Positions 12,324 through 24,560 of a stretch of 64,000 nt of DNA are shown here, in pieces (the first letter of the stretch is position 1; each line of letters starts with the position of its first letter). The stretch comes from Camelus ferus (lineage: Eukaryota), in assembly GCF_009834535.1 (NCBI RefSeq), contig NC_045697.1:45820001-45884000 (forward strand). The letters run 5' to 3'. Under the pieces are notes generated by a model. The model searched no databases and was not told where the DNA came from. It worked only from the letters and a program-made list of their open reading frames with translations. Position numbers and translations under genes: made by a program.

Positions 12324-14040
12324 ATTACTTATTTGCTTGGTTGTCCTTCAGTCCTATGTATCTGTTTAAGAAAAGCCATTTACTCTCTTTATATACATAC
12401 TAATGAGGTAAGAATTTTACATGTTATGGATAATACTTTCTTCTTTAAAAATAACTTGACTTTATAAAATACCTCCTACCTCTTAATTCCAAGAAGTAAA
12501 CCTTGCTTTACCTCTTACTTTTTCTTCAAAAATCTGAAAGAGTAAAAACTTATTCTTTCCAGACTTGCCCTTCATTAATGACCATGAGATGCTTATAGGT
12601 TATAGAGGATTCTTAATCTTCATTGTCATTGTATATGTTTGGAGGCAGCCAAAAGGTTTGGGCTCACAAAAAAAGAACCACTTTGGTCCAGTTCCAGGCT
12701 TGGCATCCAAAATACACAGTTTACAGTTTACTAAGGAAGACACAAACAAAATTTATGTGAAAATAGGATATGACACAACACAATACAATACAATGTGATA
12801 TTCGTTGTAATTTTATGTGAGGTTAACTCTTAGACATCTGAGGTTGTATTGACCAATCAGAGGAAACAGCTCCCCTTTCCTGGAGATGGTTAGTAACTAA
12901 GCAGTAGACAGACAAGGCTAATGCCAGCTCCCTAGCAGCTGAAGGAATGGCGTTGAGGGCGATCCCTAGCATGCTCTGCTTTGAAGGAGACAGTGAGGGC
13001 CAAGATACCCACCCAGCTAAACCTACTCTACTCCATGCCACAAGGACTACTGTGGTTTCTTCCAGTAATGTCCTAAAGATCTTGCAGAGGCTGCTGAGTG
13101 AAATGGGGAAGACATAAATTATTTCTAAACTATCATTGCTAGAAGTACCAAGATGTATGCCCACCTAGGGTGAATCAGTGGTATCAGGTTTCTATTCCAA
13201 AGTAGACACATTGCAGTTAAGTATTAAAATATTTCTAAAACTTTACTTTGTGAAAAAGTTTGACTTCCAGTAACCCATAATACTATTTTATAAATATATG
13301 GAAATATTAGAAAAAAAGTAAACACATTATTATTTACTTTTCACTTGTATAAGTTTGCTTTCGTATCACTATTTACCTAGTCAATGAACAATGTTTGACC
13401 AGTAAATAGCCAGTGATTTCTAAATTCTGCACTCTGTTTGCAGTTCCCTAAGTTTAAATCAGTATTTCCGAAGTCTAGTAAACTAATTTGCTCATATTAG
13501 TAAATATTAGCAGTTTCAGTTCTCAGTATTAGCTGAAATTTATTGGCTCTATAGAGAGAAGGAAAGAGTTAATGTGATAAAAAAAAGAGAGATTTTCAAA
13601 TAAAGTATATTATTAAAATACAAATAAAGTTTTAACATTCTTTGCCATTGAGGAAATCCATAATATATGTTGTATTTATAATTAGATGATAAACACTTAA
13701 ATTTATCAATGAAGAAATAGGAAACTTGAGGCTATAATTAAACATACTGATTCACAAAGATGTCACCTTCATGCTGACATTAAAATCATGTTTTTCTCTT
13801 CTAACTAGAAAACATTTCAACTTCAAACAACATTTTAATAGTATGTGCATGCAATGCTTTTTCAAAATTTTTGATAAATGGGACTAACTCACCTATTTAT
13901 TTTTTTTTGAAGCAGAAGATAACCAGAAACCTTGTTAAATTTTTATTATTTAAATTTTACTATTTATTAGTTCTGAAGTAAAGCTCTACTAATACTGAAA
14001 CCCAGTTAATCGGCATTCCATGCAGCAAGTTAACACATCA

Positions 14041-14262
14041 TTTCTTTGTCATTGAAGTATAGTTGACCATATTACATAACTAATATTCTATCAGTTTCAG
14101 GTGTATAGCATAGCAATTGAGTATTTTACAGATTATACTCCATTAAAAGTTGTTACAAGATAATGGCCATAATTCCCTGTGCTATACAGTATATCCTGGT
14201 TACCTATCTATTATAGATACAGTAGTTTGTATCTCTTAATCCCATACCCCTAATTTGCCCCT
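14041..14262 (-). mobile_element. Cetartiodactyl-type L1 3' end (5'-truncated)
   Basis: ttgaagtatagttga...tttcaggtgtatagcatag...ccctgtgctatacagt...agtagtttgtatct is a reverse L1 3' UTR. Confidence 0.8.
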
Positions 14263-15360
14263 AACTCACTTAAATTTAAGACTTCTAACTACATTTAAAA
14301 AGAGACAAGTTGCTAGAAATTGTCAGCACCTAATCTTTCAAGTTAAAAAAAAAAAAAACTGTGCCATATCTCCTAACTTCCCTGTCAAACAATCTAAATG
14401 AACTTTGCCTCCTAACCTTTCAGGAGTGCAGCCAGGCTTCCAAGGACAAATGTCACACATGCTTTTCCAGCAGAAGACCTGGTCCCGGTTCTTCCCCATC
14501 ACACACATCAAATCAGAGCCATCTTCTCTAATTAGAGTATCTGTGATATCAACATCTCCTTGTTAGTAGAAGTGCTTTAATTTAGAGTCAGTGCCTCACC
14601 ACTGGCATGGACTGTCTGTCATCTCTGTTAAATATAGAGCTACTGGGATCAGGTCATTATCAGTCAGTCATACAAATGTACCTCTTAGGACACCTTCTGT
14701 CAGGAGCACCCTGTTTTGAATCACTCCTTTGAGACTTAAAATATTCTAATACAGCAGTTGATTTTAATAAAAACTTCCCATTAAGATAGAAATAATATCA
14801 TAATTTCAGTGCAAACTGACATTAACAATCTGTTGAAATGAACTTAACTTGTAAATGGATGATTTGTTATATATACAGAGGGAAAAAAATGGAATACAAA
14901 TTACAAACATACAGGGGCCCATGAACAATAGCATCAATTAACAAAACCCAAGTCCAAACTAATTGGGAAACAATTGCAGTAACTTAAAATAATTGCAGAG
15001 AATGAATCAAATATGTGCCTGCCTACCTTTTTTTGGCAAAGATACAGGGGAGAGTATGGCCAAGAGCGATCAGAGTTATGAACTGAAGACAGATTTTGTT
15101 TTCCCCAATCACTTTTGTCTCAATCAACAGTGTTTTGGTCAAGCACTAGTCTTTGCAGGTATAGATGGATTGTAGAACGCAGTCAGTTGCAAAGCCTCAT
15201 CATCTTATGTACAAAGGGAACTGATGATGAACTAAAAGACAGTAGTTTTCAGATTTTATGTACCTAAGCCCCAGCCCCTGATGACACAATTCGGCGTTCT
15301 ACAAAAGCAACATAGCTGATTCTCATGCAGGTAATGCATGGATTGCATTTTGTAACATAC

Positions 15361-15403
15361 CACTATGTGGTATGAGTGCATAACAGTCAAACATAAAAGC
15401 CAC
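15361..15403 (-). CDS. Candidate internal exon (43 nt)
   Basis: Acceptor tctgctgccccatttcAG and donor GTG|GTATGT; reads VAFMFDCYALIPHS (phase 0 to 1). Confidence 0.22.
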
Positions 15404-15769
15404 CTGAAATGGGGCAGCAGATAAGTGCTTCTCTTTGTTCTGAATGGCATTATGTATGTGACCTAATTTTGGAGAGAACAGAGGAAATTATGTAATTTGG
15501 GATTACAATGAATTGAGTTTAATGAACTGATTCAAATTTGTTTGAGACACTGTAGCTGCCACATCAGTTTTAGAGTTACAACAAAAATATGTAAAATAAT
15601 GTATTAATTATCTTTAGAAAATGAGAGGTTCCACAAAAGACATGATGCCAATGACTTCAAAGCTCTGTATATTTTAACCATTTCTACTAGTCTTCTTGAA
15701 TGAATTCTCTACTTCTTGGTCTGACAATAGAAGCGACTTATGTCATCTTTCTGAACATTCCTCACTGGC

Positions 15770-15965
15770 TTAAGGTAAGATATCCTGAGTGAATATCCCA
15801 ATTCTGTTGCTTACTAGCCTTGAGAAAAACTGCATGCCTTCTGCTCTACATCTTAGCCTACTCAATTGTGAAACAGGTAATGTACTTCATGTAAGGTTAT
15901 GGGTATTAAATGTGATCGTGCATGTGAAGAGCCTAATAACAGGTTCAGCAAACCATTGTTATTTT
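15770..15965 (+). mobile_element. MIR SINE
   Basis: cttactagccttgag...ctcaattgtgaaacagg...attaaatgtgatcgtgcatgtgaagagc matches the MIR core and 3' end. Confidence 0.7.
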
Positions 15966-18495
15966 CCTTTCTCTCCTTGGCTGTTAGTTTCTCCTTTCTC
16001 ACTATTGTATTTAATTATTTTAGTTTGGTAATTCTTATCTTCTAAAGGTGAATAAAACAGAGAAACAAGCTTCTTAAGAACCATGTATTAAATGGAAGAA
16101 GACTTGGAGGGAGAGCCCAAGGCTACAGGTTTAGGATCTGGGGTGTACAGAGGCATTTTGTACTTAACGCAGAGGATTGAGAGCATTGTTCAACCTCTAT
16201 TAAGTGGAAACAATATTAGAATACTGTAAGCCACAGAAAATTATTTAGTATAACATTGAGTTGGGTGCAGAAATAGGGATAACTCAATTTTCACAAATTA
16301 TTTATATCAATATAGAGATTCCACAAAACATAATATTAATTAATAGTAATTCATTTTCAGCCTTATATATGGTTGATGTTGTTTCTATAAATAAGGATAA
16401 TAGTTGATAAGGCTTAAAATATATACTTTAGGGTTTTTGTCATCAAAGTCTAGTGTAATCATTTCCAGAGAAATTAAATTTGCATTATGCTTTTGAGATA
16501 AATTCTTCAGCAACAAGCTGAGTTAACCCACCCTTTTCACCAAGTTTTAGGCTCTATTTTTTAGTTTACTATGTTATTTTTCTCCTTGGGGACACAGGGT
16601 AAGAAGCAGGGTATTGAAACAGAAGAATTACATATTTCGTTTATGTTCTGGAAAAATAAAATTTAATATTTCGCTAATAATGGTGGGTGGCTAACAGTAT
16701 TCATGTATTCTTCACTGTATCACTAATCTAAAAACAATTGACACACTCTCTCCTTGAGGGCTGACAACAACAACCACCACCAAAACCCTCTAGAGCATGA
16801 CCATTATTTGTAAAGTTCACAATAGTCATTCATTCATCTAGCTCAGTTTTAGGACATTGATCAAAAAAATTTTCCTCACACTCATGTACATCAGGCCAAA
16901 TACATTCGTATTTTACAAATTCTCTACCTGGGACATGGGGTGTACAGTATGGGCAGTCATGACGCAGTTTATTTATTTTCATTGCTTAAGTCAAGACCCA
17001 CTGTAGAAAGTGGTGGCGCTACAAATAACGTATTCAGTCTTCCTGGCTCCCCTTTCATCCTTCGGTAAATGGGGAATTAAGAGACCAAGTCCTCAAAACT
17101 TTCAAGAGAACTCAAGAGAGTTTGTTCAATGGAGTTCAAATATCAGGCTAAAAGCAAGTTGCAATTTTGATTTGAACCCTGCTTCCTACTAATGTCCCAA
17201 CCCAGGTGTGACCCGCATTTGATAAAACATTAACTTTGTTCTCTATGTAAATAAAGCGGTGGCTGTCCAGGTGCACCTGCCGTATGGAATTACAGGCAAC
17301 CACAAAGCTATCAGAGGGTAACGCAGCAAAAACAAACAGAACAAGTGTGCTAAGGGGCACATTTAGATTGCCGTTGTAGATTACGTATACAGTTAAATCT
17401 TTCTGTCAAATAAGTTGAATGCAGTTACTGAATATTATGTATAGCCCACATGGAAGCTAATTTCCTCAATGTTCCCATATCAGCCCCCGATTTAGAGGAG
17501 TATTTTTAAAACTGTCTTAGGTGAGAATGTTTTAAATTCGCTCAACAATCACATAACTGGAAGGTATTTAAGAGTACTGTGGAGAAAGGGAAAAAAGTGT
17601 TGGTAACTGAATATGGAATAAACTATGCTCCCTTTTAATATCTTCTGTGAAATGGCAGAATGATAGAGAGTACTTTGCCCATTTATTACTGACAGGTGTA
17701 ATTTCACCCCTACTTGAAAGGCCATGACTTTAAAAGGAGATGAAAGCCTCCAGCTGATGAATGAGGGAAGAAAAGTCTGACAGGAAAAACACGACTGTCT
17801 CGAGGGAATTGAGTCATGTGGTCCTGCGGTTTACCATTTGGCCATGAAGTTACAAAGATTTACAGTGTGCTCTAAAGGGGTTTGGAACCCGTTTATTTGC
17901 ATTTACTTCTGGACAGCTGATAGAACAACTTAGGGAAACTGCAAACAGTGTGACCAGCTCATCCTGCAGCTGATAATGACATAATGGCTTTAGGCCACCC
18001 AGAGCAATTGAACCACGACTGATGAAACCCTCCCGCCCGCAAGTTTCTGGGCTAATCACAAGATTTAAGATAGCAAACTGGGTATAAAATGCCTTTATAA
18101 ATATCACTGAACACAAACCATGGGTCTACATTTAGAAAAGAGCTTATATCACTTTTGTAGATTATACAGCATTGAGAATAAAGTCCCACGGTACTTTTTA
18201 GTTTTAGGTCTGTTCTGACAAAACCTTCAGATAAAAGGTCTTTAAATTATTTTGATTAATTAAACCAACATACATTCTGTACTGTTATCATTAAGGCACT
18301 GGGCTTAGCAACTGAGTTTAAGAAAACTAAAAATGTAAAGGAGAGAAGATGTAAGAGTAAGCTACTATAATAAGGAAGAATGTAATGAGTGTCATAGGAA
18401 AGACACAGGATAGAATGGGAGATGAAAACAAGAAATGGCTATTTCTCTTTAAAATATTAAATTACCATACTGCTTTGTTAGAACTTACTCTTGCA

Positions 18496-19666
18496 GGAGA
18501 AGGTATTTGCAAACCACATATCTAATATGAAGCTCATATCCAAATTAAACAAGGAGCTCAAATAATTCAACAGCAAAAACAAACAAACAAAAAAACAAAA
18601 CAAAAAGCCCCACAAATAATCTAGTCAAAAAACGGGCAAATGACTTGACTAGACATTTTTACAAAACAAACATACAAATGGCCAACAGATATTACGAAAA
18701 AGTGCTCAAAATCACTAATCACTAGGAAATGCAAATCAAAACCACAATGAGATATCACCTCACACCTGTTAGGATGGCTATTATCAAAAAGTTAAGTGTT
18801 GGAGAGGATATGGAGAAAAGGGAACCCTTGTACACTGTTGATGAGAAGGTGAAATGGTACAGCCATTATGGAAAACAGTATGGAGATTCCTTAAAAATAA
18901 GGATTCCCACTTCTGGGTATACAGCCAAAAGAAATGAAATCTGGATCTCAACGAGATACTTGCACTCCCATGTTCATTACAGCATTATGCACAATAGCCA
19001 AGATATGGAAACAACCTAGGTGTTCATCAACCAATGGGTGGATAAAGAAAATGTGGTAAATTTAATATTCCATTTTGTGTGTGCATGCGTGTGTGCGTGC
19101 GTGTGTGCATGTGTGTGTATATATATATATATATTTCAACTATAAAATATAATTATAAAACATTATTCAACCATAAAAAAGAAGGAAAACCTTCCATTTG
19201 CAATAATATGGATGAACCTATGGAATATTACACTAAATGAACTAAGCTAAACTCCAAAAAACAAGTACTGTATGATCTCACCTGTATGTGGAATCTTAGT
19301 TAAAATAGTCAAACTAACAGAAGCAGAGTAGAATAGTAATTGCTAGGAGCTGTGGGTGGGAGAAATGGAGAGACATTAGTCCAAAGGGTACAAGATGAAT
19401 ACTTATAAGATGAATAGATTCTGGGGATCTAAAGCACAGCATGGTGACTGTAGTTAATAGCACTATATAGTATACTTGAAATTTGCTAAGAGAAAAGACC
19501 TTGTGTTCTCACACACACACAAAAAAAGTTGTGTGACATGATGGATATGTTAATTAGCTTGACTGTGGTAATGATTTCACAATATATATGCATATCAAAT
19601 CATCATATTGTACACTTAAATACATGATTTTCTGTTATCAATTACATCTCAATAAAGCTGGAAAAA
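18496..19666 (+). mobile_element. L1MA (L1MA8-10-like) 3' fragment: degenerate ORF2 end plus 3' UTR, with internal (TG)n(TA)n
   Basis: ORF 18729-19019 reads [21 protein letters not shown] (L1 ORF2 C-terminus); the 3' UTR ends caattacatctcAATAAAgctggaaaaa. Confidence 0.9.
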
Positions 19667-20415
19667 TTGCTCTCTTTTCCTTAAACGTGCATCTTCTTAC
19701 TACTTCAGTACTACGTCCAGCTTGAGTGGCTTGGCTGTTCAGATAAATTCAGGGATATTCATTCCTGTGAAATCAGTGTAATGTCTTCTGTGATTGGACA
19801 GCAGACTCTCACTTGCCTCTGTATCTTGCTGATGTTATTTATTTTTATTAGAGCTTCTATTAAGTTAAAGAAGTTGTTAATGTGATTAGAAAGAGGTGTG
19901 ACAAAGGGGAACTGAAATATTTTCAATTAATAAATTACTTAGAACTACTTTATAAAATATAAAGACTTAAACATATGCAAATTATCTGAAAATTCATAGA
20001 TATTAATGAGTATAATTCAGTCTTTTTAAAAGTTTTCAGAAATTTCCTACAGGTAAAATGGTGGCCAGATATGATTCAAAGAAGGATATAATTACTAAGC
20101 TGCATTTGGTTTGTTCAAGCACAGTTTAAAATTTATTACTTCTTTTCAGTTTATCATTTTAAAGGTCATTTATGGACTATTCTTACAAAGTCATTATTTT
20201 ACCAGACAATTCATTAGTAGGCACAAAGATATGATCACAAAAACTCACAGAATATAGCACACAAGTAGGAAAATATATGGACAGGTTAGGTATCAATGGA
20301 AAGCTACCAAAAAATATTGTTATACATAAAATAGAAATTACAAAAATTCCACTAATGCCATAGAAACAAAAAACAGGGAAAGTTGTAAACATTAAAATCA
20401 CCATTATAAAATCAT

Positions 20416-21068
20416 TATAGCACTCCTTGATATTTACTCAAAGGAGTTGAATACTTAAGTCCATAGAAAAACCTGCATATAGATGCTTATAGCAGCTTTA
20501 TTCATAATTGCCAAAACTTGGAAGCAACAAAGATATCCTTTGATAGGTGAATGGATAAATGAACTATGACATACTGCTCGCTGCTAAAAAGAAATGAACT
20601 ATCAAGCCATGAAAAGACTTGGAAGAAGCTCAAATGCATATTACTAAGTGACAAAAGCCAGTCTGAAAAGGATGCATACCGTATGACATCAACTATATGA
20701 CATCTGGAAGAGGCAAAACTATGGAGATCAGTGGTTAGGGGAGGGGGAGTAGTGATGAACAGGAAGAGCACAGAGGATTCTTAGCAGGGTGAAAATACTC
20801 TGTATGATACTATAATGATGGATACATGTCATTATCTATTTGTCCAAACCCACAGAATGTACACCAACAAGAGTTAACCCTAATGCAAAGTATGGACTTT
20901 GGATGATCATGATGTGTCAATGTAGGTTCACCAATTTTAACGAATGTACCACTCTCTTGAGGGATGTTGATAATGGGAAAAGCTATGCATGTGTGGAGGA
21001 AGGGGATTCATGGGAAATTTCTGTACCTTCCTCTCAATTTTGCTATGAACTTAAATAGTCTTTAAAAA
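20416..21068 (+). mobile_element. L1MC1-like 3' end
   Basis: gcagctttattcataattgccaaaacttggaagcaac...gtccaaacccacagaatgtacacc...ctgtaccttcctctcaattttgctatgaac; possible 8-bp TSD aaaatcat. Confidence 0.85.
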
Positions 21069-21859
21069 ATCATATTTCACTATTACTTTGGGCCCACTAC
21101 CAAAATAAGTAAGAAATGAAAATAAAATTAGCACTTATTACTCTGGATTGTTTAAAACTAATTTGATATTAAAGAAATATCCTGTTGAAACAATCCAACA
21201 TTAAAAAAGTAAAAATCTTTACACTTTAATAAACCTATAAACCAAACTTGAAACCTTTCTAAAAGAATATCCCCCCAAATAGCTTCCTTCCCTCACTACA
21301 TAGTTTCTTGACACTGGAAATATTTGCATGAACAGCACGACAAAGTTATCAAAATTCCTTAACACAGTTAAATAATATGACAGAAAAAAGTACTTTAATA
21401 AATATGAATATTGTTCAGATTTCACTGTAAAGTTTTGCTAGGATCAGTAATTATACACAAGGCAAGAGTCCTATTGATTTACAAAGTCATGTTATTTAAC
21501 ATAATGTAAACATTTTTCCCCCCAAAACAACCTTAAGTTTCTGGACATAGTAAGTTGTTCAAAGAGCTAATAATATAGGTGTACAAAAAGCCCTGGGAAA
21601 CTTTTCCAAGAAATTCATCCATGCATTTCTTTATATTGAGTAATAAGCCCTACTTTAAAAGTCTCACACAGTATGCGAACCTCAAATACACAACTAAATT
21701 TAAATGTAGGTAATCCCAAATCATTTGTAGAATTGAATTTTATCATGAAATATTTTCATTCAGCATTTCCTTATTTTCACCTCCTTTTCATCAGCCACTC
21801 CCTCTCAACCTCTCTCTCTCTCTCTGCTCCTCCCGCCTCTAGCCACACACCCCCACAAA

Positions 21860-21892
21860 TACACACACAGACACACACAGACACAGACACAC
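21860..21892. repeat. (CA)/(CAGACA) compound microsatellite
   Basis: acacacacagacacacacagacacagacacac. Confidence 0.8.
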
Positions 21893-23474
21893 AGTTAGCT
21901 GTACTCAGCTGTATGTAAGAATTCTAACCCATTTCTGACCCTCAACATGGTGATTCTGTTTCAAACTATTATTTCTCACTAAACCTCCTGGCTTCATACC
22001 ATTAGGTTAACATCTGCTTTCTATCAATGCCAAGGAAGACAGGTTCTGTAAATAAACTCTCTTTAAAAAATAAGAATAAAAATGTAGGAGTGTATGGATC
22101 TTAAAAAAGTAGAAATCTAGGTTCTTTTATTACATCCAAAATGAGTCTTTTCGATATGAAAGCCCTCCATTTACTTCAGGAAAATCGTGGAAAACATCAA
22201 CATCTGTGTATTGCAATAAAGGCACTACTTGTAACTGCCATTCATCAAGCCAGTGAGTAATTCGGAAAACAGTAGCAATAGACTTTGGAGTGCAGTACAT
22301 GTAGGATGAAGCCAAAATGTTTTTCTACCTCGTAAAGGAAACTTTTCCATGAGCTCTACTTTCTGCCAGTTGCGTCTTCAAGGTATGAGCAGCAACAGCC
22401 TCCTGTTGATTTAACTCCAATAAATGGAGAGGAAACCCAAGTGAGGCATGTTCCATATGTTAACACAACCTCCTTTTGAAGTATCATTTGAATCCCACCC
22501 TCTCTTATTATTAGAATCAGTCAGGCAGATTGATAAGTGTGAGAATATTGATAAGTAACATGAGTTTAAAAAGTGTGCAATCTGCTATTAATTATTTAGA
22601 TATTTCATTTACTCTCCTTTCAAGAACCCATTTTCCAATGTTGGTGAAAACAGACACGTGGCCCAGAAAGGAGAGTGTGAAATAGAAAAAGCAAGAAGCT
22701 TTTAAGTTGAATAATCTATTTCCTAATTATTTAGGTTTAATGATACACTTAAATGTGAATGATATAAAATTTAAGATGGTTTATTCTTTAATGTGAATTT
22801 CTCCATGCATTATAATTATATAAATATTTTGTATATATATATATAGATATATAGAAGTATGGATATAGAGATATATAATTATAATGTAGTAGATTCAAAA
22901 AGAAATTTCAGCTAACAAATGTCTTATAAATGTCTCTACCACATTACAGTAAGATAAAAATAAGTAAAACTACCTCACATAACCTTCCCATTGTGACATT
23001 ACATGAGCTTCTAGTCCAATGCAATTTCAAGCTGCCCCCACCAAGATGGATTCATGATCGTAATTGTATTTCTATTCCCACAGCATTAGGTTACAGAAAG
23101 CAGGTATTTCACCCTGACGGTGATACCTTTCCCAGTTCTCTTTGCACCACTTAAATGGAAAAACAAGTCCTCAGAACAGCAGTCCTTCTTATTCTGGACC
23201 CATGCCCTTCCAACACTCACAGCTTTCACGCTGCAGTCAGAAACCAAGCTGTGGTCAACTACTTTGGTTTTCTGAAAAATGACCCAATGTTACCCTGATT
23301 CTAAAGTCAGGAAATACTGAGATTCTTGTATCTATGATTTTTCCTTCTTAGCATTCATTTTTACATATTTCTCTCCTATTACAGCTCTAACTCGCAGCAT
23401 CATGACCCTCTTATCTCCATCCCCTTTTCTCTCCATCCATTCCCCCTTCCCTTTCTTACTTCCTGTCTCACAGC

Positions 23475-23525
23475 CTCTCTCTCTCTCTCTGTCTCTGTGT
23501 GTGTGTGTGTGTCACTCTCTCTAAT
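23475..23525. repeat. (CT)n(GT)n compound microsatellite
   Basis: Direct reading of the sequence. Confidence 0.85.
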
Positions 23526-23549
23526 TCTCTCCTCCCTTCACCTCTTTGC

Positions 23550-23795
23550 TTTTAGCAAATGCTGAACACCTTGACATCCTGGTGAAGTAGAGAATTCACT
23601 GACAAACAAGAGAGACATGGTCTCTACACTTATGGTGCCTCTTCTTATCTATCTAAGGAGACAGACATTGAAAGAGATGCAAGTGTGATGAAGTGTAGAG
23701 TATGACAGGACCATACAATACAAATATTTAACATTCTACTTGTCATATTCTTCCTGAAGAAGCAACACTCAAGCTGGTCTCTGAAATAAGTAAAA
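23550..23795 (-). mobile_element. L2 fragment
   Basis: agcaaatgctgaacacc...agacatggtctct...ggagacagaca...ttcctgaagaagcaacactcaagctg resembles the reverse L2 3' end. Confidence 0.55.
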
Positions 23796-24169
23796 AGTAC
23801 ACAATATTTTAAAAGTACACAAATATGAAGATACAGAGCACAATAGAAAAATGGTAAGTAGAGGCAATCATAATCTTGACTTGTCCCTCTCCTCCTTCAC
23901 TTACATGAAGGAAACTTCCCAAAAGACTAGCCTTCCTGGCTTCCTTTCCTCCCTTCCTTCCATCTACAGACATTTTCTGAAAACATGCAATATTCTAAAT
24001 ACAAGAAATATCAAATGACCATTATCAAATGATTCAACAATTATTATCACAAGTTAAATGCATAAATACCCTGCTAGAAATTATTTTACAAAAACTCTCA
24101 GAAAAGAGAAGGAAGTTTGACAGTTTTATAACAGTGAATGGTAAAAAGGAAAAAAATTAAATGCACATC

Positions 24170-24560
24170 ATTGGGGTATGGATTAAAATAATATGGCCTA
24201 TGCATCCAATTAAATATTATGCAGCTTTTAAAAAGACTGAGGCAGATCTAGACAACTAATTCAGCTGACTCAGATGTATTGCTACATGAAAGAGCAAGCT
24301 GCAGGAGAGTATATACAAAATAGTCCCATTAGATTATGCGTGGAAAAGGATTTCTAAATCTGTATCTGTCATTCTATTTACAGGTGTATTTAAACTTCTA
24401 TATATGTCTGTGACTGCATGCCAGTTGCTATTGTGATGGCTATACATCTCTGTACATCACAGAATATTTCTGGAAAGATTTATAAGATATTGTTAATTGC
24501 AGAAGGGGCAGTGAGATTGGAAAATGAGTCTCTCACTTTTAACGTTTAAATCTATTTTTA
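24170..24560 (+). mobile_element. L1ME 3' fragment
   Basis: aatattatgcagcttttaaaaagactgaggcagatcta...agcaagctgcagga...tttctggaaagattta. Confidence 0.6.

Noticed and set aside
12815..13180. GC-richer block possibly an LTR remnant or exon (113-aa ORF)
   Set aside because: Could not be matched to a repeat family or given splice sites with any confidence.
15356..15374. Hairpin cataccac-tat-gtggtatg overlapping the candidate donor
   Set aside because: An 8-bp stem is too short for a pre-miRNA and is expected by chance in 64 kb.
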